In this document: piece by piece, positions 26,436 through 35,064 of the stretch | Layout of the letters: every line of letters begins with the position of its first letter | Position numbering within the stretch: position 1 is the first letter of the stretch | Assembly: GCA_963751665.1 (NCBI GenBank) | Contig: CAVVVF010000005.1 | Location: 23,924-87,923 of the forward strand | Reading direction: 5' to 3' | DNA from: an uncultured Actinomycetes bacterium | GTDB taxonomy: Bacteria; Actinomycetota; UBA4738; HRBIN12 | Length of the DNA stretch: 64,000 nt | Position numbers and translations under genes: made by a program | Notes under the pieces: generated by a model | What the model was told of the DNA's origin: nothing | Seen by the model: only the letters and a program-made list of their open reading frames with translations | The model's database searches: none

Positions 26436-27887
26436 GTGGCGTCGTCGAGGGTCGCCGTCCGCTTGCCGAGGCTCAGCCTCCTGGGGAAATTCGCCGTCGT
26501 GAGCCTGATCCCGATCGTGCTCCTCGGCCTGGTCCTGGCGAAGACGCTCCAGGTCCAGATCCGGGACCAAGCCCTGACGAGCGCCCGGCAGCTGGCCGCG
26601 CTCGTTGCCCGACTCGACATCCAGCCGCAACTGACACCGGACGACCTCAGCCAGGGGCTCACACCGGAGCGTCTTCGGCGACTCGACCAGGTCCTTCATG
26701 CCGGGCTGGTCGGCGAGGAGATCGCGCGGGTCAAGATCTGGAGCCGCGACCTCCGCGTGGTGTACTCGGACGACCCCGAGCTCATCGGTCGTGCCTTCCC
26801 CTCGTCCGATGAGCTCGAGGAGGCGTTGGACGGACGCGTCGCCTCCGAGGTGTCCGATCTCACCAAGGAGGAGAACGTCGGCGACCGAAGCTATGGCAAG
26901 CTACTCGAGGTCTATGTCCCCCTGACATTCCCGGGCGATCCGGCGCCGGCGGGAGCATTCGAGCTCTATCTTCCGTACCGACCGATCGAGGCCGCGATCG
27001 CACGCGACAGTCACCGGCTGTATCTGGTGCTCCTCGGAGGCCTGGCGCTCCTGTACGCCGCACTATTCCGCATCGTCGCGACCGCGTCCAGACGCCTTCG
27101 GCGCCAAGCGGACCGAGAGCTTCGACTGGCCAACGAGGAACGCGATCTGGCGCTCCGGAAGGCCGCCGTCATCGCGACCGTGTCGCACGAGTTCAGGACC
27201 CCGCTCACGATCATCGAGGGTGTCTCGAAGACCCTCGAGCGGCAGGACCTGGTGGTGGGGGCCGGACGCTCCATGCTCGACAGCCTTCGGAATGCCAGCC
27301 ACCGGCTGGCCGATCTGGTGGAGGCCCTGCTCGCGGCGGCCGAAGGGATGGAACGGGAGGCTCACGTGCAGCGCCGGCCGGTCGCCCTGAGCAACCTCAT
27401 CCATGCCGTGGTCGATCGGCTCTCAGCGTTCGATGCCCGCGGCCGAGTGCGCGTCGTGGCGACCCCGGACGGAGACGCCGTGTTGAGCGATCCGGCCATG
27501 CTCAAGCCGCTCCTGCGGCACCTCATCGAGAACGCGCTGAAGTTCTCTCCTCCTGGGAGCGCGGTCGACATCTCGATCGCCCGGACCTTCGGCGAAGTGG
27601 TAGTCAGGGTCCGCGATCGCGGTCCCGGCATCGACCCGGAGTTCCTGGAGCGGGCGTTCGATCCGTTCACACAGGGGGATCAGTCCACGACCAGAGCGAA
27701 CCGAGGCCTGGGCATCGGCCTGTTCGCGGCACGCAAGATCGCGGAGCTGCTCGGCGGTCGGGTCGAGCTCAGGCGTCATCCGGGCGGTGGGATGGAGGCG
27801 ATCCTTCATCTGCCCGACACGAACGAGGACCGAGCGCTCGTCGCCGCCGACGTCGACTCGGCCGACGCCGCGGCGGTCGGGTCATGA
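26436..27887 (+). CDS. Membrane sensor histidine kinase (no response regulator in window)
   Basis: Two TMs, SHEFRTPL H-box, LIENALKFS, DRGPGI, GLGIGL. Confidence 0.92.
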   Translation: MASSRVAVRLPRLSLLGKFAVVSLIPIVLLGLVLAKTLQVQIRDQALTSARQLAALVARLDIQPQLTPDDLSQGLTPERLRRLDQVLHAGLVGEEIARVKIWSRDLRVVYSDDPELIGRAFPSSDELEEALDGRVASEVSDLTKEENVGDRSYGKLLEVYVPLTFPGDPAPAGAFELYLPYRPIEAAIARDSHRLYLVLLGGLALLYAALFRIVATASRRLRRQADRELRLANEERDLALRKAAVIATVSHEFRTPLTIIEGVSKTLERQDLVVGAGRSMLDSLRNASHRLADLVEALLAAAEGMEREAHVQRRPVALSNLIHAVVDRLSAFDARGRVRVVATPDGDAVLSDPAMLKPLLRHLIENALKFSPPGSAVDISIARTFGEVVVRVRDRGPGIDPEFLERAFDPFTQGDQSTTRANRGLGIGLFAARKIAELLGGRVELRRHPGGGMEAILHLPDTNEDRALVAADVDSADAAAVGS

Positions 27888-27909
27888 CCGCGGAAAAGTG
27901 CGGCCGGAT

Positions 27910-28483
27910 CTAGCCGGTCAGCTCCGAGTAGCGGAAGCAGTCCGTGGTGTGGTCGTTGACCATGCCCCACCGCCTGCATGAACGCGTAGCAGATCGTCGG
28001 CCCGACGAACCGGAACCCCCGCTTCTTCAGGTCCTTGCTCATGGCCCGGGACTCCGCCGTCTCGGACGGGATCTCAGACAGGCGCCGCCACCGGTTGTGG
28101 ATAGGCTCGCCGTCGACGAAGGACCACAGGTACTCGGGGAGCGGCCCGAGGTCCGCTCGGAGCGCGAGCACCGTCCGCGCATTGGCGACGGTCGCATCGA
28201 TCTTGGCCCGGTTCCGCACGATGCCAGGATCCCGCATGAGTCGCTCGATCTTCCCCGCGTCGAACCGCGCGACCTTGGCCGGATCGAAGCCGGAGAAGGC
28301 ACGCCGGTACCCCTCCCGCTTGTTCAGGATGGTCTGCCACGACAACCCGGCCTGCGCTCCTTCGAGCGTCAGCATCTCGAACAGATGGCGTTCGTCGCGG
28401 CTTGGCGTTCCCCACTCCTCGTCGTGATAGGCGAGCATCGGGGCGTCGCTTCCCTGGGCCCACTCGCACCGCTCCCTCGCCAT
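27910..28483 (-). CDS. tag: DNA-3-methyladenine glycosylase I, frameshifted near 27965
   Basis: RCEW, YHDEEWG, LEGAQAGLSW, FVGPT. NDHTTDC follows in the shifted frame. Confidence 0.92.
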
Positions 28484-28488
28484 CCGAG

Positions 28489-28863
28489 CTAACCGGGAGA
28501 GAGCGCGGAGACGGTCGTGGGCACGACGTCGGCCCACCGCTCGGCCCATTCGGCGAGTGCGTCGATCGCATCGGCCAGTCCGGCGCCCTTCTCCGTGAGC
28601 GAATACTCGATCCGGACCGGGGTCTCCGGCGTTACCTCCCGGCGGAGGATGCCCTCGGCCTCCAGGGCCTTCAGGCGCTCGGACAGGAGGCGGTCGGAGA
28701 TCCCCGGGACGGCCGTCCTGATACCCCCGAAACGGTTGGGACCGGCCAGCAGGACGGCCAGGATCTGAGGGTTCCACCGCTGGCCGACGACCCTTGCCGC
28801 CTGGCGAAAGTGCTGGCAGATGGGCCCCGCGGCTAGGTGGCCGACTGGTATTGCCCGTGGCAT
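28489..28863 (-). CDS. HxlR-family winged-helix regulator
   Basis: Conserved N-terminal Cys, GQRW, PGISDRLLSERLKALE, IEYSLTEKG. Confidence 0.9.
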   Translation of the reverse strand: MPRAIPVGHLAAGPICQHFRQAARVVGQRWNPQILAVLLAGPNRFGGIRTAVPGISDRLLSERLKALEAEGILRREVTPETPVRIEYSLTEKGAGLADAIDALAEWAERWADVVPTTVSALSPG

Positions 28864-28912
28864 GGTGTCCTTCCCTCCCCTGGCCCTCTCCTGGCGGTCC
28901 CTCGGGAATACA

Positions 28913-28949
28913 TTCTACTACCGAAAAGTTAGCCGCTATAGGAGTAGAA
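28913..28949. promoter_or_regulatory. AT-rich operator/promoter region between divergent hxlR-like and yceI-like genes
   Basis: TTCTACT...AGTAGAA inverted repeat around CTACCGAAAAGTTAG. Confidence 0.45.
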
Positions 28950-28991
28950 GCGGCCTGGAGAAAGACGAGGCCCGGCAGAAGGAGGCACACC

Positions 28992-29564
28992 GTGTCGCAG
29001 AGCCAACCAGCTCAGACCCCCGAGGGCATCGGGCTCCCCCCGGTTGGGACCTGGAAGGTCGACCCGGCCCACACGTCCGTGGAGTTCGTCGCCCGCCACA
29101 TGCTGGCGAAGGTCCGTGGACGGTTCACCGGCTTCGACGGCACCATCGAGATCGCGGAGCGCCCCGAGGACTCCCGGGTGGAGGTCGAGGTCGACACCGC
29201 CACCATCCAGACCAACCAGGAGCAGCGGGACTCCCACCTTCGGAGCGGGGACTTCCTGGAGATCGAGAAGTACCCGAAGCTCACCTTCAGGAGCAAGGAG
29301 GTCCGCCTCACCGGCGGGAACACTTTCCAGATCGTGGGCGACCTCACGATCAAGGACATCACTCGGGAGGTCACGCTCGACGCCGAGTTCCTGGGCTTCG
29401 GGCCGGCCTTGGAGGACCGCACGACCATGGCCTTCGAGGCGAAGACCTCGATCAACCGAGAGGACTGGGACATGACCTGGAACATGGTCGTGGAGGCCGG
29501 CAATTTCCTGGTGGGCAAGAAGGTCGATCTGGAGATCGCCGTCGAAGCCTACCTGGAGAAGTAA
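28992..29564 (+). CDS. YceI-family protein
   Basis: WKVDPAHTSVEF, RDSHLRSGDF, GDLTIKD. Confidence 0.93.
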   Translation: MSQSQPAQTPEGIGLPPVGTWKVDPAHTSVEFVARHMLAKVRGRFTGFDGTIEIAERPEDSRVEVEVDTATIQTNQEQRDSHLRSGDFLEIEKYPKLTFRSKEVRLTGGNTFQIVGDLTIKDITREVTLDAEFLGFGPALEDRTTMAFEAKTSINREDWDMTWNMVVEAGNFLVGKKVDLEIAVEAYLEK

Positions 29565-29589
29565 GGAAGGTTCGGGCTGCCGCTCGCCG

Positions 29590-30195
29590 TCAGGCGAGCG
29601 GCAGCGGCCCGCTCGCGCCGGGCTCGTAGGACTCCAGCTCGTACAGCCCCTCGTAGTGGACCACGACGTCGCCGGCGATCCACAGGTCGCGGCTCCAGCC
29701 GGACGAGAGAGCGGTGTAGCGCCACCTCACGGACGCGAACCGTCCGGCGGGGGTCGCGACCTCCTCGTCTCCGAGACGCTCGTAGCGCTGGCGCTCCATG
29801 ACCGGCTGGCACGTTACCGGCTGCAGGAACACGACGTCGAACTCCGCCGTCTGGCCCAGCCGGTTCGCCGTGAGGACGTTGTAGGCCGGGGATGCGTAGT
29901 CGAGCTCGATGTCCGGCCCCCAGGCCAACTCCACCGCGACGCCGTCCCGGTAGCCGGTCAGGCGCTCGCCCTGGGCCATCAGCAGGATCTCGTGTGACCC
30001 GGTGTTGATCCGAGTTCGCACCGGCCTCCATCCGGAGTCCGCGACCAGGTCCACGATCTCGTGGTGTGGCTCTGGGACGTTCGTCTGGATGTCGGAGAAG
30101 TACCGCCACCCGGCCGGCCCCGGGGCGGAACGGAAGTCCTCCGTCCCCGCCGGGTTCCCGTCCCCGTCCATCACCGTGTACCGGCCGATCGGCAT
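29590..30195 (-). CDS. Putative glycolipid-binding-domain-like protein
   Basis: ELDYASPAYN..ANRL, QRYERL, DLWIAGDVVVHYEG pattern. Confidence 0.62.
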   Translation of the reverse strand: MPIGRYTVMDGDGNPAGTEDFRSAPGPAGWRYFSDIQTNVPEPHHEIVDLVADSGWRPVRTRINTGSHEILLMAQGERLTGYRDGVAVELAWGPDIELDYASPAYNVLTANRLGQTAEFDVVFLQPVTCQPVMERQRYERLGDEEVATPAGRFASVRWRYTALSSGWSRDLWIAGDVVVHYEGLYELESYEPGASGPLPLA

Positions 30196-30219
30196 GCCGC
30201 CAATCGTAGGATGCCTGTC

Positions 30220-31035
30220 ATGCGTGTCGCGCTGTGCCAGATGAACTCGGGCGACGACGTCGAAGCCAACCGCACGAAGGCGGGCGACCTGCTCGGCGAG
30301 GCCGCGGACGGAGGGGCCGACCTGGCCGCGCTCCCCGAGGTGTGGATGTACATGGGCTCAGCCCGGCGCCACCGAGAGGTGGCCCAGCCGATCCCCGGGC
30401 CGACCAGCGAGTGGCTGGCGTCCGTGGCCCGTACGCGCTCGATGTGGATCCTGGGCGGGAGCGTCCTGGAGGCCGGTGACGACGGCACCGTGTTCAACAC
30501 GAGCTTGCTGTTCGACCGAGGTGGTGAGCTCGTCGCCCGGTACCGGAAGATCCACCTGTTCGACGTGGACCTGCCGGGGCAGCCGCCGATCCGCGAGTCG
30601 TTCACGTACGCGCCCGGTGAGGACGTCGTGACGGCCCAGACGGAGTTCGGCGTGGCCGGGCTGTCGGTCTGCTACGACGTCAGGTTCCCCGAGCTGTACC
30701 GCTCGCTCGTCACCCGCGGTGCTGAGGTCGTCTTCGTCCCCTCGGCCTTCACGTTCGAGACCGGCAAGGATCACTGGGACGTCCTGATCCGGGCCCGGGC
30801 CATCGAGAGCCAGGCGTTCGTCCTCGCCCCGGCGCAGTGGGGGACGTGGGGCCCACTGGAGCAGAACCGCCGGTGCTTCGGCAACAGCCTGGCCGTGGAT
30901 CCGTGGGGCCGCGTCCTGGCCAGGGCGCCGGACGGGGTGGGAGTCACGTTCGCCGACCTCGACCTGGAGGAGGTCCGTCGGGTGCGCCAGCGATTGCCCG
31001 CACTCCGGCACCGTCGCCTCGGCTCGGCCACCTGA
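30220..31035 (+). CDS. Carbon-nitrogen hydrolase (Nit1/deaminated glutathione amidase-like)
   Basis: LPE, YRKIHLFDV, VCYDVRFPE catalytic triad. Confidence 0.93.
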   Translation: MRVALCQMNSGDDVEANRTKAGDLLGEAADGGADLAALPEVWMYMGSARRHREVAQPIPGPTSEWLASVARTRSMWILGGSVLEAGDDGTVFNTSLLFDRGGELVARYRKIHLFDVDLPGQPPIRESFTYAPGEDVVTAQTEFGVAGLSVCYDVRFPELYRSLVTRGAEVVFVPSAFTFETGKDHWDVLIRARAIESQAFVLAPAQWGTWGPLEQNRRCFGNSLAVDPWGRVLARAPDGVGVTFADLDLEEVRRVRQRLPALRHRRLGSAT

Positions 31036-31130
31036 CCGCTCACCCTCCGCGGCTCGAGGGATAGGCCCCTTGTCCCTCAATCGGCGGGCCCATTTAGCCG
31101 ATAACTCCACCTGGAAGGAAGGGACGGAAG

Positions 31131-31231
31131 GGTCGGTCCCGAAAAAGGCAAACCGCCGGGAACGGCGGGGCGCAAAGCTCCGGGCCTCACCGCTTCAGAA
31201 GGGAGCGAAGGCCGCCGAGCTGCCGAAGACC
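31131..31231 (+). ncRNA. c-di-GMP-I (GEMM-I) riboswitch
   Basis: AGGCAAACC-GCCG-GGAA-CGGC-GGGGCGCAAAGC...GAGCTGCCGAA: GNRA-capped P2, CGCAAAG junction, P3, and GGTC/GACC closing pair. Located in a 5' UTR. Confidence 0.88.
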
Positions 31232-31289
31232 AGGGCCCCAGCCCGGGGACCCGGTCTCCACCGGGACCCATGGGTTGGGAGCCGTGGCC

Positions 31290-31757
31290 ATGGATCGAGC
31301 GCTTACCAGGGGACGGGGCCCCGCCCGCGTCGCGCTCGCCCTCCTCGTCGTCCTCCTCGCACTGGGCGTGGCGGCCGACCGAGCCCCGGCATCGAGCGAT
31401 CACCGGCGCCGTGCCCACATGCTCTCGCTCACGAACGGCGATCGCGTGGAGCGCGAAAAGGCCGCCCTCAAGCTCAACGCGGCGCTCTCGAGGTACGCCA
31501 AGCGTCACAGCCGCCAGATGGCGACGAAGGGCTACCTGTTCCACTCCGCCGACCTGGCCTCGAAGCTGAAGGGCCTCGACTGGTCGATCGGCGGGGAGAA
31601 CGTGGGGGTCGGGTCGACCCTTGACGGTCTCGAGAGCGCCTTCATGCAGAGCAGGCCGCACCGTAAGAACATCCTGCGGACGGCCTTCGACCATGCCGCC
31701 GTCGGGGTGATCCATTCCAACGGCAGCTTCTGGGTGACCGTCATCTTCTACGGCTAG
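31290..31757 (+). CDS. Secreted CAP/SCP domain protein
   Basis: Signal peptide, HSRQMA..LFHS, GENVG, FMQSRPHRKNIL. Confidence 0.92.
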   Translation: MDRALTRGRGPARVALALLVVLLALGVAADRAPASSDHRRRAHMLSLTNGDRVEREKAALKLNAALSRYAKRHSRQMATKGYLFHSADLASKLKGLDWSIGGENVGVGSTLDGLESAFMQSRPHRKNILRTAFDHAAVGVIHSNGSFWVTVIFYG

Positions 31758-31768
31758 CCCCTCCCGAC

Positions 31769-32392
31769 CTAGCTGTAGGGAGAGCGACCCGGGCCGCGAA
31801 GAGGCCCGGGTCGCTCGTTTTTACCGAAGCGGTCGAGGTCGGCAGGCTGGTCGACGTCGACCGGGACGTCGCCGTCGACCGGCACCTCCTCCACCCACTC
31901 GGGATGCGCCGCGATGATCTCGCGGGCGCCCGTGTCGCCGGTGAGCGCGCGCGCCTCGTCCCAGACCTCCCGAGAGAGCAGCGCGGGACCGGGGCCGTCG
32001 CGGAACCGGAGCCGGACGATCCGCGGGCGGCTGGCCTCGAACGCATCGAGGAGCGCGCGGATGTGCTTCGGCGTGATGCCTGGCTGATCTGCCAGGAGCA
32101 CCACGGCGGCCACGCTCGCTGAATCGGCGGCGTCGAGCCCGGCCGCCAGCGAGGTCGATTGCCCGTCTTCGTACCTCGGGTTCAGCACCGTCCTCGCGCG
32201 CGCGGGGAGTTGGAGCGAGGCGTGGACCCGCTCCGCGTCGTGGCCGAGCACGACGATGATCTCGTCCAGCCCTGCGTCGGCCGCGGCGTCGATCGCGTGC
32301 TGGACGAGGGGCTTGCCCTCCAGCTCGAGCACCTGCTTCGTCTGCCCGAACCGGGACGAGGTCCCGGCGGCCAGCACGATCGCCGTGATCAC
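31769..32392 (-). CDS. mocA: Molybdenum cofactor cytidylyltransferase (MocA-like)
   Basis: VLAAGTSSRFGQTK, GQSTSL, LADQP, GDTGAR, DVD, in a cox context. The true stop may lie near 31821. Confidence 0.85.
   Translation of the reverse strand: MITAIVLAAGTSSRFGQTKQVLELEGKPLVQHAIDAAADAGLDEIIVVLGHDAERVHASLQLPARARTVLNPRYEDGQSTSLAAGLDAADSASVAAVVLLADQPGITPKHIRALLDAFEASRPRIVRLRFRDGPGPALLSREVWDEARALTGDTGAREIIAAHPEWVEEVPVDGDVPVDVDQPADLDRFGKNERPGPLRGPGRSPYS
31782..31822 (+). terminator. Intrinsic terminator after the CAP gene
   Basis: 14-bp stem GAGCGACCCGGGCC/GGCCCGGGTCGCTC followed by GTTTTT. Confidence 0.8.
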
Positions 32393-32997
32393 GAAGGCGT
32401 GCGGCCGAACAGGCGGCCGAAGAACCGGCCGATCGCCTTGACGATCGCGTACAGACCCAGCCTGATCCCGCCGATGGCCGCCGGCGGTTGCTGCGGCCTC
32501 GGCGAAGCTGGAGACGCCGCGGACGCAGGGGTGGGGGATCTCTCCCCGGCCGTCAGGTTGTCGCGGAGGCAGTCGGCGAACTGGTTCGTCAGCCTGGCGG
32601 AGACGTCGGGCAGGAGGCCCCGCGAGAGCTGGGCGACCGTGCCGGTGAGCGTGATGTCGGCCTGCATCTTCACGATCGTCGCGCCGTCCGCCCCGGCGGG
32701 CTCCAGCCAGGAGGTAACGGTCGCGTTCGCCGCTCCCTTCCCCTTCTGTTCCTGGCCTTGAGCCTTCAGCACGACCCGGTGGTTGGCTTCATCCCGCTCC
32801 GCGACCGTGACCGTGCCGGCGAACGACATCGCGATCGGCCCCAGCTTCAGGTTGATCTTGCCCTTCCATGTGTGGTCGTCGACGACCTCCGTAAGTTCGG
32901 CACCCGGCGCGCAGGGCGCGATCTTCTCCACGTCGAGCAGGTACGCCCACGCTCGATCGATCGATGCCGGCACCTGGAACTCGTTCTCGATCAGCAC
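32389..32997 (-). CDS. coxG: CoxG/SRPBCC protein
   Basis: ENEFQV, IAPCAPGAEL, G.VAQLSRG. Confidence 0.88.
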   Translation of the reverse strand: MLIENEFQVPASIDRAWAYLLDVEKIAPCAPGAELTEVVDDHTWKGKINLKLGPIAMSFAGTVTVAERDEANHRVVLKAQGQEQKGKGAANATVTSWLEPAGADGATIVKMQADITLTGTVAQLSRGLLPDVSARLTNQFADCLRDNLTAGERSPTPASAASPASPRPQQPPAAIGGIRLGLYAIVKAIGRFFGRLFGRTPS

Positions 32998-33102
32998 GGG
33001 GCCGCCTCCGGGAAGGATGTCTCTGAACCCCGAGCCTACTCAGGCCGATGTCGCCCCGCCATATGGGCCCGGGCTATGCTCGCGGCCGCCCGGGAGGTGA
33101 GG

Positions 33103-33894
33103 ATGCCGCCGCGTCTGCAGGGGAGGATCGCTCTGGTCACGGGTGCCGGGAGCCCCACCGGCATCGGGTTCGCTACGGCTCGGGTGCTGGGGCGGGAGGG
33201 CGCGACGGTGGCCATCACGTCGACGACCAACCGGATCCGCGAACGGGAGGCCGAGTTGCGGGAGCACGGCTACACGGCGGCCGGATTCGTGGCCGACCTC
33301 ACGGCCTTCGATCAGGCAAGGACGATGGTCGAGTCAGTGCTGGAGCTCTACGACCGTATCGACGTGCTGGTGAACAACGCCGGGATGGCGCAGTCGGGCA
33401 TGGAGACTGCCGCGAAGCGGTTCGTCGATCTCACCGGGGACGAATGGGATCGTGCGATCGCGATGAACCTGAAGACCACGTTCAACGTCACGCGGTGCGT
33501 GCTCCCCGGGATGGTTGAGCGGGGCTATGGCCGGGTGGTGAACGTCTCGTCCACAACGGGGCCCCTGGTCGCGATTCCCGAGAGCGTCGGGTACGGGGCA
33601 GCCAAGGCCGGGGTCGACGGGCTCACGCGCGGCGTCGCCCTGGAGGTGGCTCGCCATGGGATCACGGTGAACTCGGTGGCGCCAGGATGGATCGAGACCG
33701 GCTCGTCGCTTCCCGAGGAGTTGATGGCGGGCACGCACACGCCGGTTGGGCGTCCCGGCCACCCCGACGAGGTGGCCGAGGTCGTCACGTTCCTCGCCTC
33801 TGAGGCGTCGAGCTATGTAACGGGCCGGTCGATCGTGGTTGATGGTGGCAACATCATCCAGGAGTACAAGGGCCCACCCGAGGACTGGAATTAA
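33103..33894 (+). CDS. Short-chain dehydrogenase/reductase
   Basis: TGAGSPTGIG, NNAG, YGAAK, NSVAPG. Confidence 0.93.
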   Translation: MPPRLQGRIALVTGAGSPTGIGFATARVLGREGATVAITSTTNRIREREAELREHGYTAAGFVADLTAFDQARTMVESVLELYDRIDVLVNNAGMAQSGMETAAKRFVDLTGDEWDRAIAMNLKTTFNVTRCVLPGMVERGYGRVVNVSSTTGPLVAIPESVGYGAAKAGVDGLTRGVALEVARHGITVNSVAPGWIETGSSLPEELMAGTHTPVGRPGHPDEVAEVVTFLASEASSYVTGRSIVVDGGNIIQEYKGPPEDWN

Positions 33895-35036
33895 GACACG
33901 CCGTGACGAGCTGGAGCGGGGCGGTCGTGGATTGGGCCCGGACGGTTCCTGAGGAACCCGCCCTCGCGCCCGCGCTTGACGGCCACGATCTCGGCCACGA
34001 TTGCGGCAGCGATCTCCTCGGGCCCTTCGGCCCCGACGTCCAGGCCGGCCGGACTGTGGATCCGCTCGAGGTCCTCGTCGGTGATCGCCGTACCTTCTTC
34101 CCGCAACTCGGTCATCAGTCGCTGCGTGCGAGCACCTGGCCCTAGCATGGCGATGAAGCGCGCCGGTGAGCCGAGAAGGGACCGCACGTAGTCCTTGTCC
34201 CGCAGGAAGTTGTGGGTCATCACCACGACGAACGTCCGCTCGTCGATCGGCGCCACCTTCGCCACGTCCTCCGGGCGCTCAAGCTGGACGAAGCCGGCCG
34301 CTTCAGGGAAGCGCTCGCGGTTCAGGAACTCCCCCCGGTCGTCCACGACGATGGGACGCCACCCCAGCCCGTCCGCCGCCCGGACGAGCGGTGCGGCGTC
34401 GTGGCCGGCGCCGCAGATCACCAGCCGAAGCGGTGGCTCCAACACCTCGACGAACGCCTTGGCTTCACCCGATGCGCCTGTCAGCGTGCGGATCTCGCTT
34501 CGATCCCGCGAGAGAAGCTCCAGGGCCGCCTCCTTCGCCTCCGCGTCGAGCGCGGAGTCGCCGAGTGATTTCTCGGTCGATCCATCGGGCCGGACGAGCA
34601 GCCGGTTCCCCTGGTCGACACCCGGGATGGAGGAGTGGAGCACCGTGACCATGGAGATGGGCCGCTCCTCCTCCAGTGCCATACGGAGCGCCCCCGCCAC
34701 CTCGGCGGCCTTTTCCGCCGGCTCCACGAACAGCTCGATGGCGCCGTTGCAGCCCAGGCCCCAACCCCACACGGCCTCATCGTCGGCGGTGAGGTCGAAC
34801 GAGACGACCCGGGCCACCCCTTCGTGCATCACGATGCGGGCAACGTCAGCGACGTCGTTTTCCAGGCAGCCGCCGCTGATGTTGCCGATGAGCTCGCCCT
34901 GTTCGGGGACCAGCAGGCGCGCCCCGGGGCGACGGTAGGTCGAGCCTTGAACGGCCACGATGGTGGCCAGAGCCATCTTCTCCCCTCGGGCGTGCAGCGA
35001 TTCGATTGTCCCGAGGACGTCGCTGATCTCGCTCAT
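33891..35036 (-). CDS. XdhC/CoxI-family Moco chaperone
   Basis: GSTYRRPGA, ISGGCLE, GLGCNG, MTHN, GLDVGAEGPEEIA. Confidence 0.92.
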   Translation of the reverse strand: MSEISDVLGTIESLHARGEKMALATIVAVQGSTYRRPGARLLVPEQGELIGNISGGCLENDVADVARIVMHEGVARVVSFDLTADDEAVWGWGLGCNGAIELFVEPAEKAAEVAGALRMALEEERPISMVTVLHSSIPGVDQGNRLLVRPDGSTEKSLGDSALDAEAKEAALELLSRDRSEIRTLTGASGEAKAFVEVLEPPLRLVICGAGHDAAPLVRAADGLGWRPIVVDDRGEFLNRERFPEAAGFVQLERPEDVAKVAPIDERTFVVVMTHNFLRDKDYVRSLLGSPARFIAMLGPGARTQRLMTELREEGTAITDEDLERIHSPAGLDVGAEGPEEIAAAIVAEIVAVKRGREGGFLRNRPGPIHDRPAPARHGVS

Positions 35037-35064
35037 CGCTCCCGCCCCGCCCGGTGTTTGAAGG

